Shown: positions 55,127-64,000 of the stretch, one piece after another
Layout: each line of letters starts with the position of its first letter
Position numbering within the stretch: the first letter of the stretch is position 1
Source: Eledone cirrhosa
Taxonomy: Eukaryota
Direction: 5' to 3'
Assembly: GCA_964016885.1 (NCBI GenBank)
Contig: OZ024751.1
Span: 40,362,001-40,426,000, forward strand
Length of the DNA stretch: 64,000 nt
The notes under the pieces: generated by a model
Told to the model about the DNA's origin: nothing
The model's input: only the letters and a program-made list of their open reading frames with translations
Database searches by the model: none
Program-made: the position numbers and the translations under genes

Positions 55127-55510
55127 AATTATTGTTTCTACTTTTGGCACAAGGCCAGCAATTATGCCAGTGCATTACTGGTACTTTATTTTATCGACCC
55201 CGTAAGGATGAAAGGCAAAGTTAACCTCGGCGGGATTTGAACTCAGATCGTAAAGGGCCGTAACTCTATGCTGCAAAGCATGGCGTCCAACCCTCTACCG
55301 ATACTGCCAATAATAAACAATTTGAAGTGGACTGGCAGTATCGGTAGAGGGTCGGACGCCATGCTTTCCCGCATAGTTACGTCCCTTTACGATCTGAGTT
55401 CAAATCCCGCAGAGGTTGACTTTGCCTTTCATCCTTACGGGGGTCGATAAAATAAAGTACCAGTAATGTACTGGGTAATTGCTGGGCTTGTGCCTAAAGT
55501 AGAAACAATT
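55127..55510. mobile_element. Head-to-head pair of SINEs (55127-55311 minus, 55328-55510 plus)
   Basis: Two near-full copies in opposite orientation about 17 bp apart. Confidence 0.9.
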
Positions 55511-56299
55511 TGAAATTTGGATGGTAAAAGCTCTTATTTTTCCCTTCTTCTAAAGTTAGTAACAGTAGCAGTTCTTGGTGAAAGAATATCGTCACATCTC
55601 AGACTTTCTTATAGTTGGGTCTGTACAGTAGAAACTGTTGTTACTGGTGTTGTTGTTGTTGTTGTTATTAGTGGTGGTGGTGGTGCTGGTGCTGGTGGTG
55701 GTGAGGGGGAGGCTCGGTGTTGTTGATGGCGTTGGAATGTATTGATAGTGGTGTTATTGTTGCTGTTGTTGTATGGTTGGGTGATGTTGTTGCTGTTGTT
55801 GCTGTTGTTATAAGTAGTGGTGGTGATGGCGGTGGTGGCGCTCTCTGTGTTATTGGTGTTGCTGTTGGTGGTGGTGGTGGTGGAGGCGAGTGTTGGTGTT
55901 AGGAGTGGTGGTGGTGAAGGCGAGTGTTGTTGTTAGTGGTGGTGGTGGTGGTGGTGGTGGTGGAGGCGAGTGTTGTTGTTAGTGGTGGTGTTGGAATGTA
56001 TTGATAGTGGTGTTGTTGCTGTTGTTGTTGGTGGTGGTAGTGGTGGTGGTGGTGGTGGAGGCGAGTGTTGTTGTTAGTGGTGGTGGTGGTGTTGGAATGT
56101 ATTGATAGTGTTGTTGTTGTTGCTGTTGTTGGTAGTGGTGGTGGCGGTGGCGGTATTGGTGGTGGTGGTGGTGCTGGTGTTAGTATTATTGTTGTTGTTG
56201 TTGTTGGTAGTGGTGGTGGTGGTGGTGGTGGCGGTAATGGTGGCGGTATTGGTGTTGGTGTTGTTGTTGGTGGCGGTGGTATGTGATGTTGTTTGCAGT

Positions 56300-56800
56300 G
56301 ATATCGATAAAATAAAGTACCAGTCAGATACTGAGGGTCGGTTTAACCTAAAATTGCTGGCCTTGTGCCTAAATAAGAAACTATTATTGTTAAAATTGGT
56401 AGAGCGCCGGACCAAATACTTTGCCGTATTTATTCCGACCTTTTACGTTCAAATCTCGCCGAGGTCAACTTTGTAGTTCATCCTTCTGAAGTCGTACCAG
56501 TAAGATACTGGAGCCGATATAATCAACTTATCCATTCCCTCTCCAAAAATTACTGGCCTTTTGCTTTAATTAGAATCCATTCTTTGCCTTTCATCCTTAC
56601 GGGGTCGATAAAATAAAGTACCAGTAATGTACTGGGTAATTGATGGCCTAGTGCCTAAAGTAGAAACAATTATTATCATTGTCAACTTTGTCTATCATCC
56701 TTCCGGGGTCGATAAAATAAAGTAGATGTCGATTTCTGCGACTTTCCCCTGTGCATCCCCCAAAAATGTCCTACCTTCTATCTAAATTAGAAACCATTAT
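56300..56800 (+). mobile_element. Cluster of nested SINE fragments
   Basis: Multiple GATAAAATAAAGTAC / GGCCTTGTGCCTAAA / CATCCTT..GGGGTCGATAAA segments. Confidence 0.7.
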
Positions 56801-57729
56801 AATTATTTTTATTATTAATATTGTTATTATTATTCATAGGTGTTTCTTGTGAATAAGATGAGCATCATAGCACGGCAATGGCTGGCTATGATATCTGAGA
56901 GCTTCTGTGAAGCCAGGCTCCTGTTCCACACTCTGTTGCCAAATTAGGTAGGCCTGTCTTCTATGTGTGTTGTAAGAGAGGGAGAGAGAGAAATTGAGCG
57001 ATAAAGAGAAGCTGAAAGAGAGAACGGGAACGATGAGAGAGAGAGAGAGAGGGGGGGGGAGAGAGAGAACGAAGAAGCTGAGAGAAGCTGAGAGAGAGAG
57101 AAAACGAAGGAGAAGCTGAGAAAGAGAAGATGGGAGAGAGAGAGAGAGCAAGAGAGAGAGAGAGAGAGAGAGAGCGAAAGAGATAGAGAGTGAGAGAGAG
57201 CAAGAGAGCGAAAGAGATAGAGAGAGAGAGAGAGTAAAAGTAAAAGTAAATGCAAGATAAAGAGGAAGAAAGAAATAAAGAATAAGTAGAAAAATATTCG
57301 TGAAAGTATGTCTGGTAAAAGAAAGGTAGTTTGCCTGTGTGTTCAGTCATCGCCCAACATTGCCTCTCACGTTACCAGAACCACCAATCTGAATCTACAG
57401 AATTAATACCAACATCCCTCTTTAGGCGAAACAAGTAATTTTTATTTACTTATTTATTGATATTTATTTTTATTTCATTTTATTTTATTTTTTTTTTCAT
57501 TTTTTTTTTTTGTGTGTTTGTTTGTTGCTTGCTCAAGATATGATGGTGATGGTGGTGTTTGTAGTGGAAAGGGGGTAGCCCAACAGGCATACACTTTCAG
57601 GCTTTGCCAACTTTCTCTTTGTCAGTTCTTACCGGCTTGGATACACACGTAAGGGTGGTGCTGCTAGTTATTCGCAGTACAACAGGTAACAACAACATTT
57701 TATATATATACACATATATATATTAACAT

Positions 57730-57764
<35 letters not shown>

Positions 57765-57931
57765 CATACGTACGTACATATATTTATATATATATACATT
57801 CTATCTCTTGAAAAAATATTACGAAAATCTAAAGAATTTTATATATTTTTATTTTGGATTTCAGTTAATTTAAAAAGAGACAAAAATTTACCTTCAACGA
57901 AGACTGTATAAATATTTATAAACACTTTTCT

Positions 57932-57974
<43 letters not shown>

Positions 57975-58160
57975 AAGAAATTTTGTGTATATATATATAT
58001 AATTTATTTTTATTAAATGAAGAATTTAAAAAGTTTTAAAGAACTTTTCGAAGAATTTAGACAGATTCTAATTATATTAATTATTTCAATAAATTAATAT
58101 ATACTTTTAATTTAATATCGATCTATATTTAGAAATGATATTCGTGTAAAACTATATAGC

Positions 58161-58225
<65 letters not shown>

Positions 58226-58227
<2 letters not shown>

Positions 58228-58403
58228 GTTATTCCGGGTTGAATCGGAGGTAACCACAGTAAGTAAGGTATTCAATACATTGCAGAGTATAAATGTTTTA
58301 ATATAGATGAGATTCTACAGGACTAGAACTGTTTCATTCTTTAGAAATCATCATTTCTAAAGAATGAAACAGTTCTAGTCCTGTAGAATCTCATCTATAT
58401 TAA

Positions 58404-58406
<3 letters not shown>
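58226..58406. mobile_element. Family F cassette with palindrome (54-bp arms) truncating the HHR core
   Basis: 58295-58348 vs 58353-58406; 58226-58350 is the reverse complement of 46270-46395. Confidence 0.75.
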
Positions 58407-58487
<81 letters not shown>

Positions 58488-58527
58488 ATGATAATAATAA
58501 GTTGACGGGCTAGCATAAGTTTCCCTA

Positions 58528-58558
<31 letters not shown>

Positions 58559-58757
58559 CGTATATACATATATATATATACACACACACATACACACATA
58601 TATAGATATACACGTATATATATATTTATATATATACACACATAGATATATGATGTACAAAATTACTTTTTAGTATATATCTCACATAAGCTTTCCAAAA
58701 TATTTTTTTAATATTACGCCAAAAAAAGATAAAATTCGACTCATATATTGGTGTATA

Positions 58758-58935
58758 CAGTAGATACCCGTATATAAGTCACACCGGGAGATAAGTCGCA
58801 CCTTCATTTTTACAAAAAAAATATTCTGAACTTTATAGATTCAGTAGATATGTCGCATGCTTATTTTTACATCATTTTTGGGGGGTTTGTTTTTGGTGTG
58901 GAAAAATTGTATGACTTATACACGAGTATATAAGG
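58758..58935. mobile_element. Tc1/mariner (pogo-like) MITE
   Basis: TA|CAGTAGATACCCGTATATAAGTCACAC ... GTATGACTTATACACGAGTATATAAGG|TA imperfect TIRs. Confidence 0.6.
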
Positions 58936-59231
58936 TACCTCCCTCCTGTAATGGGATTAAAAACAAACCCAGCTGTTTCAGGGCTAGATACAACATCCCC
59001 TACACGTTGCCTTGCTAGGTAAAAGTTGTATTTGACGTTGTGACTAACTATGAATACATCACAGCTGATACCTATCATACCTTTACACCCCCCTCCCCTC
59101 CCCACCACCGCACCATTCTTTTACTTAGCACCATATTTGAATAACACAGATCTCTGGCTGTCTCTCTCTCTCTCTCCCTCGCCTCTCGCTCTCTATATAT
59201 ATCTATGTATGTTTGTGTGTTCTGTGTGTTC

Positions 59232-59281
<50 letters not shown>

Positions 59282-59807
59282 ATATATAGGTATATATATA
59301 CGTATATATACATATACATATATATATATATATATTTGCGTGTGTGTGTATATATAGGTATATATATATACGTATATATACACATATATATATATATATA
59401 AAAATAATAGGCTGCCCGTTGCAAATGGTGGGGCATGTGAAAAGTAGGTTCTTCATCAGTGACCCTCCAACCGTCCCAGGCATTTCATCGCTTTAAGGGC
59501 CATATGCCTCAGGTTGGTGCGAATATATATAACAAAGGAATTGTGGTAAGGAAACAGATGGACCATAACGCACCAGAGTACTCAATACTTAGGATAGTAG
59601 AGTGGGAAATAGGAAAAAGTATGACCCCGACGGTAGAGCTCAAGCCGTTTCGAGTCCAGAAATAGCCGTCGAAACGGCTGAGCTCTGCCGTCGGGTTCAT
59701 ACTTTTTCCTATATATATATATATATGTGTGTGTATATATAGGTATATATATATACGTATATATACATATATTTATATATATATATATATACTCATATAC
59801 ACATACG

Positions 59808-59870
<63 letters not shown>

Positions 59871-60089
59871 CATACATACATATGCCAAACATACAAATAA
59901 ACACCACATACACACGTACACATACATCTCACACACACATACACACAAACTCTATGGCATCATATACAGCAGGCAACATCAGACAAGACAGAGAGACAGA
60001 CAGACAGACAGACTAGTTATCAAATAAACCGCAAAAACCTGTAAATGTATTTAATGTTTTATATTTGGAAAATCCTGATGCTAAAGAAT

Positions 60090-60620
60090 ATATTTCGAAA
60101 TATATTCCGAAATATACCCCAAATATATTCCCAAATGTATCCCAGAATATATCCCAAACTATGTTTTAAAAATATCCCAACATATATCCCAAAATATAAA
60201 AATAAACCCCACCAAATATCCCCAAAATATATCCCAAAAGATCCTAAAATATATCCCTCAATATATCCCAAAATATAAAAATAAACCCCACCAAATATCC
60301 ACAAAATATATCCCAAAAGATCCTAAAATATATCCCTCAATACATCCCAAAATATAAAAATAAACCCCACCAAATATCCACAAAATATATCCCAAAAGAT
60401 CCTAAAATATATCCCTCAATACATCCCAAAATATAAAAATAAACCCCACCAAATATCCTCAAAATATATCCCAAAAGATCCTAAAAAATATCCAAACTAA
60501 ATATCAAAATATAAAAATATACCCCACCAAATATCCCCAAAATATATCCCAAAAAATCCTAAAAAATATCCCAACTAAATATCAAAATATAAAAGATCCT
60601 AAAAAATATCCCTCAGTATA
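60090..60620 (+). repeat. About 79-bp A/C-rich tandem repeat
   Basis: AAAATATAAAAATAAACCCCACCAAATATCC.CAAAATATATCCCAAAAGATCCTAAAATATATCCCTCAATA.ATCCC, about 5-6 units. Confidence 0.85.
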
Positions 60621-60974
60621 TTCTATATATTCTAAAACTTATTCTAACATATATCCCAAAATACGAAATTTCTATAGAACATCAGAAATTTTTTGTCAAA
60701 AATCTCTTTTTTTTAAAAGATTTTTTAAGTTGTTCTTTTTATTATATTTATTTATTTTATTTCCTTATTTATCTATTTATTTATTTATTTATTTATTTAT
60801 TTATTTCCGTTATTTTGTTATCACGAACCAGGATGCCATTTGGTTCTCCCTCACCCATATTTACCATTTTTATTTATTTTGATTTACTTTTTACTGTTAA
60901 AAATTTACGAATCTGTCGAAAGTTAAAGAAAAACTTATTTTAAATGGCTTATATATATATATAAATTTATTTTC

Positions 60975-61013
<39 letters not shown>

Positions 61014-61022
61014 TATTTATAT

Positions 61023-61064
<42 letters not shown>

Positions 61065-61072
61065 TTATTTTC

Positions 61073-61178
<106 letters not shown>

Positions 61179-61268
61179 ATAGTAATAGTAATAAATGTGA
61201 AGTCTAAAATCCAAAGAGGGCTCGAAAATATTTATATATATAAATGTATGTGTGTATGTGTGTACGTG

Positions 61269-61366
<98 letters not shown>

Positions 61367-61644
61367 AATGTATGTGTGTGTACGTGTATGTATGTGTGTA
61401 TCTGTGTGTTTTGAAACATATTCATATCACATCAAGCATTATTTCGCACGTTTTCCTCTATCCCACCCCATCCGAAAATCTCCTCCTGGGGTCGATTGAA
61501 TCACTTCAGCCCAACCCCATAAGGAATATCTTGCTGGCATTCTGCCTAAATAATAAACCATTTTTTTTAAAAAATGTTTTAATAATTTGATAAATAATAA
61601 ATAATGAAAAATATATTATTATTGATATAAAAACTATTATAGGT

Positions 61645-61830
61645 AATAAGCGGCAGAGCGTCAAACACGTCCATTTACGTTCTGAGTTCAAATACCGCTG
61701 AAGTTAGCTTTGTCTTTCATCCTTACGGGGGTCGATAAAATAAAGCACCAGTAATGTACTGGGGTCGATTTAATCGACTTCCCTCTCCCCGCCCCCAATT
61801 TTTGGCCTTGTGCCTGAATCAGAAACTGTA
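61645..61830 (+). mobile_element. SINE (main family, diverged)
   Basis: B box, body, tail. Confidence 0.75.
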
Positions 61831-61854
61831 ATTATTATAAGCCATAAATTGTCA

Positions 61855-61856
61855 TA

Positions 61857-61898
<42 letters not shown>

Positions 61899-62095
61899 AG
61901 TTTTATTGGTGATGATGTTGTTGTTGTCGTTGTTGTAGTTATTATTGCTGTCGGGAATGATATTGTTGTTGTTGTTATAGTTGTTGTTGTTGATATTGTT
62001 GTTGTGGTTGTTGTTGTTATAGCTGTTGTTGTTGTTGTTGTTGTTGTTGGTGGTGTTGTTGTTGTTGTTATAGTTGTTGTTGTTGATGGTATTGC

Positions 62096-62126
<31 letters not shown>

Positions 62127-62585
62127 ATAGTTGTTGTTGTTGATGATATTGTTGTTGTTGTTGATGGTGTTGTTGTTGTTGTTGTTGTTATAGTTGTTGT
62201 TGTTGATGGTGTTGTTGTTGTTGTTGTTATAGTTGTTGTTGTTGATGATGTTGTTGTTGTTGATGGTGTTGTTGTTGTTGTTGATGGTGTTGTTGTTGTT
62301 GTTGTTATAGTTGTTGTTGTTGATGGTGTTGTTGTTGTTGTTGTTGTTATAGTTGTTGTTGTTGATGATATTGTTGTTGTTGTTGATGGTGTTGTTGTTG
62401 TTGTTGTTATAGTTGTTGTTGTTGATGGTGTTGTTGTTGTTGTTGTTATAGTTGTTGTTGTTGATGATGTTGTTGTTGTTGATGGTGTTGTTGTTGTTGT
62501 TGATGATATTGTTGTTGTTGTTGGTGATGGTGTTGTTGTTGTTGTTGATGATATTGTTGTTGTTGTTGATGGTGTTGTTGTTGTG
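61855..62585 (+). repeat. (GTT)n-derived repeat
   Basis: Direct inspection. Confidence 0.9.
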
Positions 62586-62789
62586 AGGTTATAGGAGTTG
62601 GCAAAAAATCGATGGAGTATCTTTCTTTCTTTTTTATCGATCTTCATCTTGAGATCAAATTCTATCAGATTCGGCTTAGCTTTTTCTCACCACTTCTGGG
62701 GCCACTAAAAATGGTACCAGTCATATAATGGGGTGGTTTCAATCAATTATACAGCTTCCGCCTACACAAATGTTGGGCCCTGTGCCAAC

Positions 62790-63147
62790 AACCATTATCA
62801 TCATCATCAACATCATCATCGCTAACAGTATCATCATCATCATCATTATCATCATCATCAACAGTATCATCATCATCATCATCATGATGATCATCATCAT
62901 CATCATTATCATCATCATCATCATCATCACCATCATCATCATTAACATCATCATCATCATCATCATCATCATCATTATCGTCATTATCATCATCATCATC
63001 ATCAATATCATTATCATCACCATCATCATCATTAACATCATCATCTCTAACAGTACCATCATTGTCATCACCATCATCACCATCGTCATCATCGCTAACA
63101 ATATCATCCATCATCATCATCATCCATCATCATCATCATCATCATCA
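62790..63147 (+). repeat. (CAT)n-derived repeat
   Basis: Direct inspection. Confidence 0.9.
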
Positions 63148-63716
63148 CAGGTGGTGGTGGGGGTGGCAAGGTATGACTGTCTTCACTTCCTGACTTTCCC
63201 CATCCTATATCATGGATACACGTATATGTCTCCATGTAAGAGAGACAATGTTAGACATGTCATACATATGTACTTACGTAACCGACACCCTCCCATGCCA
63301 TCACCGCTACCTTCTCCCACCTCACCTTAAGCACACCACACCCCCCTCCTATACCACACCATCATATCCACTCTACACCACCACCCACTCCTTCACCACA
63401 CCACACCACACCACCATACCCACTCTACACCACCCACTCCTTCACCACACCACACCACACCACACCACACCACCATATCCACTCTACACCACCCACTCCT
63501 TCACCACACCACACCACATCCTACCCACACCAGCCCACCACCACTGACATCGCTATCTACCCACACAATTACCCAGACATAAATAAAACAATAATCTAGT
63601 GCTAATAGAATCATTGTTGCATTACCAGAGGTGACAGTTCCACCTGGAATTCTTCAGTTTGGTAAGTTATGTTCTTGGAGTTAACACCTGGATAGAGATA
63701 CAACTAACAAGCAACA

Positions 63717-63809
<93 letters not shown>

Positions 63810-63845
63810 TATATATATATATATATATATTATATATATTATATA

Positions 63846-63944
<99 letters not shown>

Positions 63945-64000
63945 ATAAGTTATTAATTTAAGAATGAAAATAATAACAAAAAAGTCAAGTTATTTTACCT

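Overview
Eukaryotic, very AT-rich and microsatellite-saturated genomic DNA. The repeat families (a tRNA-headed SINE with a GCCTTTCATCCTTACGGGGTCGATAAAATAAAGTACC body, a CORE-type SINE, RTE/CR1 LINE ends, huge (TA)n/(CA)n/(GA)n tracts) are most consistent with an octopod cephalopod (inference, not proven). I recognise no intact host protein-coding gene; nearly all long ORFs in the track are translations of simple or tandem repeats. The main signal is about 20 type I hammerhead ribozyme (HHR) cores, CTGA(T/C/A/G)GA-stemII-GAAA-short palindromic stem III-NUH with a pairable stem I, from roughly 8-10 distinct sequence families. They sit in short (150-450 bp) non-coding cassettes embedded in (TA)n tracts, many folded back as long inverted repeats carrying a ribozyme on each strand. 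This matches truncated or non-autonomous Penelope-like retroelement (pLTR) or retrozyme-like insertions that target TA microsatellites. Also present: about 20 SINE copies, a 5'-inverted (twin-priming-type) RTE insertion with a 9-bp TSD, an Expander/Rex3-like RTE end with 99-bp internal tandem duplications, CR1 and CRE-like fragments, hAT and Tc1/mariner MITEs, a 5S rRNA pseudogene, a 45-bp satellite of about 65 units and several compound minisatellites.
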